This document shows, one piece after another, positions 29,535 to 38,136 of a stretch of 64,000 nt of DNA. The notes under the pieces were generated by a model that searched no databases, was not told the DNA's origin, and was given only the letters and a program-made list of their open reading frames with translations. This stretch comes from Minisyncoccota bacterium (GTDB lineage Bacteria; Patescibacteriota; Minisyncoccia; UBA6257; 2-01-FULL-56-20). A program made the translations under genes and the position numbers. How positions within the stretch are numbered: position 1 is the stretch's first letter; each line of letters starts with the position of its first letter. The stretch spans positions 246-64,245 of the forward strand of contig DATCDU010000020.1 of assembly GCA_036510525.1 (NCBI GenBank), in the 5' to 3' direction.

Positions 29535-30356
29535 TTACATTGTCATCCCCGGCATATTGGCGGGTGGCGTGCTTGTTGGCGGGATCATATACTTCATAAG
29601 AATCGTATCATACAAACCTGGGTCCACCGACGAATAGGTGGACGATGGGGCGTATGTGCTCGGTGGCAGAAGCACACTATTATATTCGGCTAATGTAAGC
29701 GTATTGGAAGAATTTTTGACGGACGCGAGCCATGCGTTAAAGTCGTTTTGTGAAACCGACTTGGCGGTAAATGTCATCCCCGCATATCCCGCGCCATTGA
29801 TCTCCGTGTCCTTGCCGATGTACTCCCCCGTCGAGCTCGCCTCCAAGCTGAGCTGGGTCTGCATCGCCGACATCGCGTAGATCTGGCTGCCGAGCTCCGG
29901 GATCCAGAATGAGCTCATCGGCGCGTCCGCCGTCAGTATAAAGTGCACCGGTGTCTGTTCCGGAAATTCCAAAAAGTTCACGGTCGCGATCCCCTGTGCA
30001 GGATAGATGAAGAGCCACTTCCACTGGAGCGCCACCACCTCCACGGTGAGCGGCGGATTGTTGGAGGCGATCGGCTTGAACGGATCAAGCGCGTGCGTGC
30101 TTTGCCAGTTAATGATCGCGATCGCCACGATGATCACCGCCGGTATCGCCCACCAAAGAAGCTGACGCCACGCACCACCCACATGTTCCGGATCGTATTT
30201 TGCCTTTTTGTTCCCCGCGCGATATTTCCACGCGAATGTGTATAGCAAAATGAGCATCGGGATCGCAACGAGGAGCATGAGCGCCACGGCCAGAATGATC
30301 AGATTCCGTTCGTATAGCGCGATGGGCCCTTGTGGATCGAAGACACCGCCTGGCAT
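29535..30356 (-). CDS. cyoA: Cytochrome bo3 oxidase subunit II
   Basis: DPQGPIA; VALQWKWLFIYP; SFWIPELGSQIYAM; no CuA motif. Confidence 0.93.
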   Translation of the reverse strand: MPGGVFDPQGPIALYERNLIILAVALMLLVAIPMLILLYTFAWKYRAGNKKAKYDPEHVGGAWRQLLWWAIPAVIIVAIAIINWQSTHALDPFKPIASNNPPLTVEVVALQWKWLFIYPAQGIATVNFLEFPEQTPVHFILTADAPMSSFWIPELGSQIYAMSAMQTQLSLEASSTGEYIGKDTEINGAGYAGMTFTAKSVSQNDFNAWLASVKNSSNTLTLAEYNSVLLPPSTYAPSSTYSSVDPGLYDTILMKYMIPPTSTPPANMPGMTM

Positions 30357-30405
30357 TTTCTTATTGTACCACGTAGGGAGGGTAGCTGAGACGCTTACAA
30401 AAACG

Positions 30406-30455
30406 TTAAAAAATCATTAATTAGCTTTTGACTTTGCAAAGAAATCTAGTATTAT
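30406..30455 (+). promoter_or_regulatory. Promoter with conserved upstream 15-mer
   Basis: TTAAAAAATCATTAA-N7-TTGACT-N16-TATTAT; same 15-mer-N7-TTGACT at 5813-5840 (-) and 57292-57319 (-). Confidence 0.75.
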
Positions 30456-30459
30456 AGTT

Positions 30460-30543
30460 CATGAAAGCGGTGATCCGTTAGAAGACGGATTCCATCTCCG
30501 TTTTGGCACAGAAACGACCACCCCACCGTGGTCGTTTCTGTTT
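30460..30543 (+). ncRNA. Short terminated RNA with 12-nt anti-anticodon segment (locus A)
   Basis: Hairpin ATCCGT/ACGGAT; TCCGTTTTGGCA (30497-30508) complementary to 30627-30638; terminator ACAGAAACGACCAC/GTGGTCGTTTCTGT-TT. Confidence 0.6.
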
Positions 30544-30593
30544 AAATAGTTTTAATCCCTCTTGTGATACGGTGGTCTTGCCTGTGGATCGTG

Positions 30594-30666
30594 GGGCCCG
30601 TCGTCTATGAAGTAGGACACCGCTTTTGCCAAAACGGAAAACCGGGCGCAAGTTCCGGCGGGTCCA
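30594..30666 (+). ncRNA. Aberrant tRNA-Ala-like element A
   Basis: GGGCCCG/CGGGTCC acceptor with G3:U70 and A73; D stem GTCT/GGAC; 8-nt loop TTTGCCAA; T stem CCGGG/TCCGG with non-canonical loop CGCAAGT. Confidence 0.7.
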
Positions 30667-30712
30667 CAGGTTCGGCCGATTAGTGTATACTAAGAAAAAT
30701 CTTATTCATTCC

Positions 30713-31387
30713 ATGAGGATCCTTGTGGTCGAAGACGAGGAAGAAACGGCGGCAACGTTGAAGCGAAAACTTGAGGCCGAATGCTACGCGGTGGATATTG
30801 AACGCGATGGTGAGCGTGGATTTTATAAAGCGCGCACCAACGACTATGACTTGATCCTGCTCGACAAAGGTCTGCCTGGAAAAGATGGCTATGAGATCTG
30901 CTCCGGACTCCGTGAATATAAAATCGCGACGCCAGTCCTTATATTGAGCGTTGCTGCGGAAATCGAGGATAAGGTCAGCCTGCTCGAATGTGGAGCGGAC
31001 GATTACCTTACGAAACCCTATGCGTTCAGCGAACTCGCCGCACGCGTGAAAGCGCTGCTCCGCCGGCCGGCGCAGGTTGAAGGAAAAATACTCACCGTCG
31101 GGGATCTGTCGCTTGACCGGGAAACGTATTCATTCACGTTCCATAAGCGAACGGAGAATCTTACGTCCAAGGAATTCGCCCTGCTGGAATATCTCATGAA
31201 AAATGCCGGGCGTGTTGCCTCTCGTGGGATGATCATGGAACACGTATGGGACGAGAGCGGCGATCAATTCTCAAAGAGCATCGAGACCCATATTATGAAT
31301 CTCCGTAAGAAGATCGACCCGCGCAACAAGGATATTTTTATCCGTAACGTCCCGGGGCGCGGCTTTATCGTCGGGAAAACGCCGTAA
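30713..31387 (+). CDS. OmpR-family response regulator
   Basis: MRILVVEDE, LILLD, GADDYLTKPY, winged helix LTSKEFALLEYL..VPGRGF. Confidence 0.95.
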   Translation: MRILVVEDEEETAATLKRKLEAECYAVDIERDGERGFYKARTNDYDLILLDKGLPGKDGYEICSGLREYKIATPVLILSVAAEIEDKVSLLECGADDYLTKPYAFSELAARVKALLRRPAQVEGKILTVGDLSLDRETYSFTFHKRTENLTSKEFALLEYLMKNAGRVASRGMIMEHVWDESGDQFSKSIETHIMNLRKKIDPRNKDIFIRNVPGRGFIVGKTP

Positions 31388-31466
31388 TTTCATATTTAAG
31401 ATCTATTTAATGTGCGGTGAGTATAATGCGTGGGAAAGGTCGAATAATATTCCACACAACATTATC

Positions 31467-31577
31467 ATGAACACTTTATTGGAAAAAATTCTCACCGAAC
31501 GGTCGGCGCGCGGAGCGGAGCAAATGGAAACGCTCGCGGTAGCACAGAATGAATTCCTTTCCTGGGACGGAGCGTAG
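31467..31577 (+). CDS. Putative ComX-like precursor peptide (36 aa)
   Basis: MNTLLEKILTERSARGAEQMETLAVAQNEFLSWDGA; TATAAT 31422-31427; stop 5 nt before the kinase ATG; below ORF-track cutoff. Confidence 0.7.
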   Translation: MNTLLEKILTERSARGAEQMETLAVAQNEFLSWDGA

Positions 31578-31582
31578 CAGCT

Positions 31583-32953
31583 ATGGATGAAGATCTGCAG
31601 AGGAGAAAGAACATCCTGAACATCATCCTTATCGGATCGATAGGAATGCTCACGATCCTCGATGCCTTCGTTCTTTTTCATTCCCTGGAGAGCGGCGCCG
31701 CGTACCGCGGAATCTCATTCGAGCTCTTCTCCGTATTGCCAGCATTCTTTATCTTCCTCTACGTCCTCTCGCGAAGAGGGTACTCCGATCTCGCCTCCTA
31801 TTTTGTGATAGGAATCTATCTTGTGAGCGATAGCTACGCCGTATACCGATGGGGCGTCATGATGCCGATCACGCTGATCGCCTATGCGCTTATCATCGTC
31901 ATGGCCACGATCCTTCGGGGAACGAGGTTTGGATTTTTGGTGACGGGCGTCATCGCCGCATTCATCGTGCCGGTATGGTATGCCCAATTCCATGGCATGC
32001 TCACCGTGCAGGTGCAGCGGGAGCAGAATACCGATGCCGTCGTCTTCTCGGTACTTTATTTCCTCATCATGACCGTCGCGTGGCTCTATGATCGCGAGAT
32101 CCAAGGATCACTGCGTCGCGCCCGCGGCTCGGAGAAAGCCCTCAAGGAGGAACGGGATCTGCTGGAAGTGAAGGTTGAGGAACGCACCGACGAACTCCGC
32201 CGGACCCAGCTTGAAAAAGTGCAGCAACTGAACCGCCTCGCCGAGCTTGGACAGCTATCCTCCGGTCTGTTTCATGACCTTCTCAACCTCCTGAACGCCC
32301 TTTCCCTCCGGACGGATGATGTGGCCGATCCTTCGCTCGCGAATGCTTTCGATACCACAAAGCAGATCGAGGAATTCATGCAGGCGGTACGAAAACAGAT
32401 AGGCGGGTCCGGCAGCCCCGAATCATTCTCCCTCATACGGGGAATAGATCAGGCCATCCAGCTCGTAAATTACAAAGCGAACAAAGAACATGTCCGGATT
32501 TTGTTCCAGCACGATCCGCATGCGAATATCACGTACTACGGCGCGCCGTTCAAATTCCAGGAGATCGTCATCAACCTGCTGCTCAACGCCATTGAATCGT
32601 ACGGAGGGATTCCCCGTTCGGATACACGCGCACGGAAGATCGATATCTCGATCGAAAGACGTGATGCCATTGCAACGCTTCGTGTCACCGACGACGGATG
32701 CGGCATGACACCCGGGGTCCGAGCGCGGTTGTTCGAACCTTTCTTTACCACTAAAGGCGCCTCAAAAGGAATCGGGATTGGCCTCGCGACGATAAAGAAA
32801 ATAATAGAAGAGGATCTGTCCGGAACGATCACCGTACAGAGCGAGCCGGGCGACGGGTCCTCATTTACCGTTACATTTCCCATACGACATGAACCGATAT
32901 CAGGCAGTGATCGAGCGGGCAATCGACCACATCAGGAGCCAGCAATCCCCTGA
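31583..32953 (+). CDS. Membrane sensor histidine kinase
   Basis: About six N-terminal TMs; ELGQLSSGLFHDL H box; NLLLNAIES, DDGCGM, FEPFFTTK, GIGLA. Confidence 0.95.
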   Translation: MDEDLQRRKNILNIILIGSIGMLTILDAFVLFHSLESGAAYRGISFELFSVLPAFFIFLYVLSRRGYSDLASYFVIGIYLVSDSYAVYRWGVMMPITLIAYALIIVMATILRGTRFGFLVTGVIAAFIVPVWYAQFHGMLTVQVQREQNTDAVVFSVLYFLIMTVAWLYDREIQGSLRRARGSEKALKEERDLLEVKVEERTDELRRTQLEKVQQLNRLAELGQLSSGLFHDLLNLLNALSLRTDDVADPSLANAFDTTKQIEEFMQAVRKQIGGSGSPESFSLIRGIDQAIQLVNYKANKEHVRILFQHDPHANITYYGAPFKFQEIVINLLLNAIESYGGIPRSDTRARKIDISIERRDAIATLRVTDDGCGMTPGVRARLFEPFFTTKGASKGIGIGLATIKKIIEEDLSGTITVQSEPGDGSSFTVTFPIRHEPISGSDRAGNRPHQEPAIP

Positions 32954-34823
32954 CGGGGGCTTTGTAAACCTTTCCGGCTTTTCACCAACCGCTTTTTCGG
33001 ATGCCATCCCGCGGCGGACGACGTTCTTTACTTCCAATATCCTGGCCTGCCTGCAAAATATCCCGGGCCGCACGATGGAAATACGAACGGCCGCAGTCAA
33101 GTTCTTGCTTTTAGAAAAAAGCGAGCGTTGGTCATTCAACTATTGGGCACGCAACAAAAGCCATCAAAGCAGAGTGCCATATCCGCCTTATCCGGACGAC
33201 CTTGACGACACCTTTGCCGCGCTCGCGGCGCTTATGCGCCATGATCAGAGCCTGATCGACGCCCGGGCATTTTCCGCGATCGCAAAAATACTGATCGTGC
33301 GCGAGGTTCGCGAAGGAGGGCCCTATCGGACATGGCTTGTGGCCGACGATACCGCTCCGGCGTGGCAAGATCTGGATATCGTGGTTAACAGTACCATCGG
33401 CTATGCCCTTTCGCTCATCGGCGTGCACCTTCCGAAACTCGAAAGTTTTATAAGCGAGGCCGTGCGGCAAAACCGATTGGTATCGCCCTACTATCCCGGC
33501 ATACTCCATGTCGGTTATTTTCTTTCCCGATTTTATAGTAAGAACGGCACGCGAGAAAATGCCGATGCGCGCGCCAAACTAGCGGACATCATTATCGACC
33601 GCCTTCAAGACGATGATACTGGAAGCATCACTGCCCTTGAGCACGCGATGGGTATTTCGTCGCTCATTAATCTTGAACATACCGACCAGGTACCTCGAAT
33701 GGCGGATCTACTCGTAAAGCGGTTGGATCGTGAAGGATTTTGTTCCTATGCCTTCTGCATCGATCCAACGCGTGATGGCCGCCGATGTTATGCCGGAGCC
33801 TCCGCGCTCACCGCCGCGTTCTGTGCTGAGGCTCTCGCGCGATATTCCGCACTCGCCTTCCCTGCAACGATCGATGATCATGTTCGTTCTCTCGCGCGAA
33901 TAGCCTGTCGACCGATTGGCATGGAACTCCGCGAGGCGGCAACGGCGCAAATAGAAAAGATGACCGATAAGAAGATCACCGCACTCCCTTATGAGCTCCG
34001 GGACGCACTGTATAAACAGGGCAGCATCGTTCCTTTAGATATCGTCGAGCAGCTTTCCTTGGCAAACCTCTACGGCTGGATGGCATATGAGATCTACGAT
34101 GATGCGCTCGATGGCGATGGAGGCCACGCATCCATTCCCTGCGGTAATTTCTTTCTCCGTTCACTCACGGAAATCTACGCCGGGCTTGCCACGCATGCCC
34201 CGGAGATCAAAAAACTTTTTGCCGATACGATGGATCGCGTTGATAACGCGAATGCCTGGGAACAAAAGTACTGTCGCTTGGAAGTACACGACACGCCCCT
34301 CTGCGAACTTCCAGATTTCGGCGACTACCGCACGCTCGCCGACCGGAGCATCGGCCACGCGATGGGCCCGCTCGCCGAACTGCTGTTCGCCGGATACGGC
34401 ACCGATTCAGAAGAGTACAAAAACTGCGAATCGTTCTTCCGGCACTATCTCATCGCCCGCCAGCTCCACGACGATGCACACGACTGGGTGGACGACCTCC
34501 TGCATCGCCGCGTGAACAGCGTTGCGGCCCTCGTTCTCACCCGTTTTAAAGAAAAATATTCCGAAGATGGGACGACCCCGAACGCGGCCATCGCCATCAT
34601 ACTTCCGCAGCTCCGTAAAATATTTTGGGAAGGGATCATTGATGAAGCCGTCAACACGATAATATCTCACATCGCACAGGCACGGCGCACGCGACAAAAA
34701 TCCTCCCTTCTTGATCGCGTTGACTTCATGGAAAGTGAACTGCGCAAACTCGAGTCCGGCGCCCAACATGCAATAAAAGAGCGCAATGAGGCCCTCGTTT
34801 TTCTTAGCGATTATATGGCATAA
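32889..34823 (+). CDS. Fused class II terpene cyclase-like / isoprenoid-synthase-fold prenyltransferase
   Basis: QW-like SQQSPDGGF, DxDD motif PDDLDDT, DIVVNS; C-terminal IYDDALD (DDxxD) and RQLHDDAHD. Confidence 0.7.
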   Translation: MNRYQAVIERAIDHIRSQQSPDGGFVNLSGFSPTAFSDAIPRRTTFFTSNILACLQNIPGRTMEIRTAAVKFLLLEKSERWSFNYWARNKSHQSRVPYPPYPDDLDDTFAALAALMRHDQSLIDARAFSAIAKILIVREVREGGPYRTWLVADDTAPAWQDLDIVVNSTIGYALSLIGVHLPKLESFISEAVRQNRLVSPYYPGILHVGYFLSRFYSKNGTRENADARAKLADIIIDRLQDDDTGSITALEHAMGISSLINLEHTDQVPRMADLLVKRLDREGFCSYAFCIDPTRDGRRCYAGASALTAAFCAEALARYSALAFPATIDDHVRSLARIACRPIGMELREAATAQIEKMTDKKITALPYELRDALYKQGSIVPLDIVEQLSLANLYGWMAYEIYDDALDGDGGHASIPCGNFFLRSLTEIYAGLATHAPEIKKLFADTMDRVDNANAWEQKYCRLEVHDTPLCELPDFGDYRTLADRSIGHAMGPLAELLFAGYGTDSEEYKNCESFFRHYLIARQLHDDAHDWVDDLLHRRVNSVAALVLTRFKEKYSEDGTTPNAAIAIILPQLRKIFWEGIIDEAVNTIISHIAQARRTRQKSSLLDRVDFMESELRKLESGAQHAIKERNEALVFLSDYMA

Positions 34824-34833
34824 TGAGTGGGAT

Positions 34834-35571
34834 ATGAAATCAAAACGATTTGGAGCGGAAGGGCCACAACCCGAGGCGACCGCCGAAGAGCTCAAAGAAC
34901 AGCTCGAAGCGGCGCTCGCGGAAAATATCGCCCTGAAGGCGGAGATCGCGGATCTAAAGATCGATTCCGTTACTGGCCTTCCTACGCGGCGCGAACTCGA
35001 TAAGCGTATCGCCGAATCACGGTCAAAAGAAAAGATGAACGGAGGACAAGAAGGCGGCCCGGAAAAAGAGCTTTCCAATGAAACGGCGGTCCTCATGCTC
35101 GATATTGATAATTTCAAGGTGGTCAACGATCTCTATGGACATCCGAATGCCGACATCATATTGCGGGCGGTCGCGGATAAATTAAGAGAGATGTTCCGGA
35201 AAGAAGACAGCGTCATGCGCTACGGGGGCGAGGAGATCGCCGTCATTCTCCAAAAGACGGATGCAAAACGGCTCATACACAAGTTCTACGATTCCAAAGC
35301 GGGAAAACCCCGCCTGACGGTTAAAACGACGATCATACATAAAGGCAAAGAGGAGGAGGTTGAGGTGACGCTGAGTGGCGGCCTTGCGTCGTTCGGGCCG
35401 GACGGTGACCTGCATACCGCACTTACCCAAGCAGATGAAGCACTCTACGTGGCAAAAAATGGTGTTAAGACGAAAGATGGCAACATGGTGACGCCGGAGC
35501 GGGATCGTATCGTTCTCTATTCGGAGGACATGGGAAAAGAACAGGCTTCGGAAATGGAGCCTGCGGCCTAA
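34834..35571 (+). CDS. GGDEF-domain diguanylate cyclase
   Basis: DSVTGL, DIDNFKVVNDLYGH, RKED I-site, RYGGEEI, ADEALYVAK. Confidence 0.9.
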   Translation: MKSKRFGAEGPQPEATAEELKEQLEAALAENIALKAEIADLKIDSVTGLPTRRELDKRIAESRSKEKMNGGQEGGPEKELSNETAVLMLDIDNFKVVNDLYGHPNADIILRAVADKLREMFRKEDSVMRYGGEEIAVILQKTDAKRLIHKFYDSKAGKPRLTVKTTIIHKGKEEEVEVTLSGGLASFGPDGDLHTALTQADEALYVAKNGVKTKDGNMVTPERDRIVLYSEDMGKEQASEMEPAA

Positions 35572-35583
35572 CTATTTTTAAAA

Positions 35584-36771
35584 TCAGTTGAGGGAGCCCC
35601 AGATCGCCGGATCTATATCCCCGTCCAATTTGAAGAACATCACGCCGCGCAGGCCGTATTGCTTTGCGAGCGCCACTTTTTGCAGTTCGGACATGGCGTC
35701 GGGGAACGAAACAAAGAACGTGGTGGATGCGTTCGGGTTCACCGTGTCCAGTACCGCCGGCTCCGTGGATGAAACAAAAGATGTAAGATCAAGCGGCTCC
35801 TGGATGTATGTGGATGACGTGAAGGTAAAGCTCAATTCCCCCGCGTTGTCGCGCACCGGAGTGATGCCAAGCGAATCCGCGCGGTCCATCGCGCCGAAGT
35901 AATCCCACGCGCGCACCTCCTGATACGTCGTCACATCATTGTTCCATGAGACCTCGTATTCGTACCCGTACGTCGGAATGCCCAACATGATCTTCTTAGG
36001 GTTGATGTATTGGATCGCGTACTGAATGATCTTCGTCGTCCAGTCCGGATCCGCGACCGGCGCGTAAAGCTGTCCCTCGCCGCCCTTGCTCGCGTCAAGT
36101 TTGAGATCCGTCGTTCCCTGATCGTATGCCTCTAACCGTACTTCGTCGCAATATTGGTTGAGCACGCTGTAATTCTCGGCGTAGGTCAGGGTTGACGGCA
36201 CGACCACGTAAACCGAGCTTGGCTGGTCCCGCGGCACAACAGAACACGTGAGCACTTTGTTCTCGGCATGAAGCCGGTCCGAAAGTCCCTCTATGAATAA
36301 CGAATAATATGGACGCGTTGACGTGGACATCGCTTCGAAATCGATATCGATGCCGTTGAAATCATTCGCTTTTGCAAGTTGTGCAATGCTCGTCTCTTCC
36401 GCCTGACGGGCCTTGGCATTGGAAAGTAATTTATAGATGCCGCCCGTATCGAACCATGCGATCGTCGGAATGGCTTTGACGTTCGCCGATTGGACGGCGG
36501 ATATCCAGCCGGTCCAAAGTCCCTTATTGATGCCAAGATCATCCTTGATGGTGCCCGTGCCCACGAGCTCGTACGAGAACGGGCTTACCTCGTTAAGCGA
36601 GTCAAGGTTAACCGCGATCTGCTGCTCGCCCGCGGTGCTCGTCCAGTACGGCACCCACGCGCCGTAGTAAAATGGGGCCTTCGCAGCCGCGGTCGTTGCC
36701 GCGAGCGCCAAAAATGGCATCGCGCCCATGACGAATCCGGCGACCGTCACTTTAATAAGAAATTTCTGCAT
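35584..36771 (-). CDS. Secreted glycoside hydrolase family 18 protein
   Basis: Signal peptide; FNGIDIDFE catalytic motif; KIMLGIPTYG. Confidence 0.88.
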   Translation of the reverse strand: MQKFLIKVTVAGFVMGAMPFLALAATTAAAKAPFYYGAWVPYWTSTAGEQQIAVNLDSLNEVSPFSYELVGTGTIKDDLGINKGLWTGWISAVQSANVKAIPTIAWFDTGGIYKLLSNAKARQAEETSIAQLAKANDFNGIDIDFEAMSTSTRPYYSLFIEGLSDRLHAENKVLTCSVVPRDQPSSVYVVVPSTLTYAENYSVLNQYCDEVRLEAYDQGTTDLKLDASKGGEGQLYAPVADPDWTTKIIQYAIQYINPKKIMLGIPTYGYEYEVSWNNDVTTYQEVRAWDYFGAMDRADSLGITPVRDNAGELSFTFTSSTYIQEPLDLTSFVSSTEPAVLDTVNPNASTTFFVSFPDAMSELQKVALAKQYGLRGVMFFKLDGDIDPAIWGSLN

Positions 36772-36777
36772 GATCGG

Positions 36778-37641
36778 TTATTGTTTAATACAAATATAAT
36801 CTCCTTTTCTAACGATAAAACCTTCCCGTTCGAGGCCGCCGAGGACTTTTATAAATCTTTCTGATGTAGCCGCAACAATTCTCAACACCTTATCAATGCT
36901 CATTTTATTCTTTTTCGCGGCCAGGATCGAGCGCACGATCTTTCCCCGTAGCTCCCGGTCGGATCCCGCAAAGGCGGTCTGTTTTTTATAGTGCGCGCTC
37001 CGGTGATTGGGGTTCACATGGTTCATCGGCGCGCCTGTGGCCTGCATCACTGCTCCGTAATCCATGAGCGCCCAATACCATTCCCGCGGATTCTTCTTAT
37101 CAATGCTACTCTCGATATAACGTTCCAACTCCGCATCCGTTACCTTCCGACGTTTTGGAAAGAAAAAATGGATGAACACACGGCGGATGTTCGTCTCTAT
37201 GAACACTTCCGGCTTGTTGAACGCGAACGCCATGAGCGAGCCCGATGTTCCCTTCCCAATGCCAGGCAACGTCTCAAGCACTGCGCGATCGCATGGCAAT
37301 CGACCGTCATATTGTTTAACGACGATCTCCGCAGCGCGCTTCAAGAACATCGCGCGGCGATTGTAGCCGAGTCCCTGCCACGCTTTCAGCACATCACCAT
37401 TTTTTGCCCGGGCAAGCTTGCGGAAATCCGGAAATTGTTTGAGAAATTTTTTATAGTATCCCTCCACGCGCGAGACCTGCGTCTGCTGGAGCATGATCTC
37501 GGAGACCAGGATCGCATAGGGATCCCGCGTGTGGCGCCATGGGAGCGCCCCACGCCCGGCGCGGCGGTAATGCGCCCGGATCGTCCTCTTAAAGTCGCCG
37601 ACGGCCCTCATTTGAGACATTAAATCTATATTAACCGCCAT
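36778..37641 (-). CDS. mutY: MutY-like HhH-GPD DNA glycosylase lacking the Fe-S cluster motif
   Basis: LPWR..DPYAILVSEIMLQQTQV; WQGLGYNRRA; LPGIG; WALMDYGA with no following Cys cluster. Confidence 0.8.
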   Translation of the reverse strand: MAVNIDLMSQMRAVGDFKRTIRAHYRRAGRGALPWRHTRDPYAILVSEIMLQQTQVSRVEGYYKKFLKQFPDFRKLARAKNGDVLKAWQGLGYNRRAMFLKRAAEIVVKQYDGRLPCDRAVLETLPGIGKGTSGSLMAFAFNKPEVFIETNIRRVFIHFFFPKRRKVTDAELERYIESSIDKKNPREWYWALMDYGAVMQATGAPMNHVNPNHRSAHYKKQTAFAGSDRELRGKIVRSILAAKKNKMSIDKVLRIVAATSERFIKVLGGLEREGFIVRKGDYICIKQ

Positions 37642-37745
37642 TTGCGCTTTTGGGAAAGCGTATGGTATAGTGATTGCGATGTAAGTGTTCTTAGTAAGTT
37701 TCCACTGAGGAGAAGCAGGTCGCCTTACACATCATTAGCAATTGA

Positions 37746-38057
37746 ATGGCTACAAAATTATACGTTGGAGGTTTACCGTACTCGACGACTCAGGACGAGC
37801 TCCAGACAGCGTTCGCTAAGGCGGGCGCAGTTGTGTCTACGAGCATCATCATGGACAAGATGACCGGCCGCTCGCGCGGTTTCGGTTTCGTCGAGATGGG
37901 TTCCGATGACGATGCGCAGAAAGCGATCGAAATGTGGAACGGCCAAGACTTCGATGGGCGCAAGCTCACCGTGAACGAGGCCAAGCCTCTCGAAGCCCGT
38001 CCTCCTCGCCGCGAAGGCGGCTTTGGCGGTGGCGGTGGCGGACGCGACTGGCAGTAA
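37746..38057 (+). CDS. RRM RNA-binding protein
   Basis: KLYVGGL (RNP2), RGFGFVEM (RNP1), Gly-rich tail. Confidence 0.95.
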   Translation: MATKLYVGGLPYSTTQDELQTAFAKAGAVVSTSIIMDKMTGRSRGFGFVEMGSDDDAQKAIEMWNGQDFDGRKLTVNEAKPLEARPPRREGGFGGGGGGRDWQ

Positions 38058-38076
38058 ATCGCCGGTTTGTTAACCT

Positions 38077-38107
38077 CAAAAATACCCCCGAAGGGGTATT
38101 TTTGTTT
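38077..38107 (+). terminator. Intrinsic terminator
   Basis: CAAAAATACCCC-cgaa-GGGGTATTTTTG. Confidence 0.8.
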
Positions 38108-38136
38108 CACTCGTAATCAGAGTAAAATCTATCTAT

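Noticed and set aside
30626-30712. N-terminal extension of the response regulator from a TTG start
   Set aside because: The receiver domain starts at ATG 30713; the extension overlaps the tRNA-like element.
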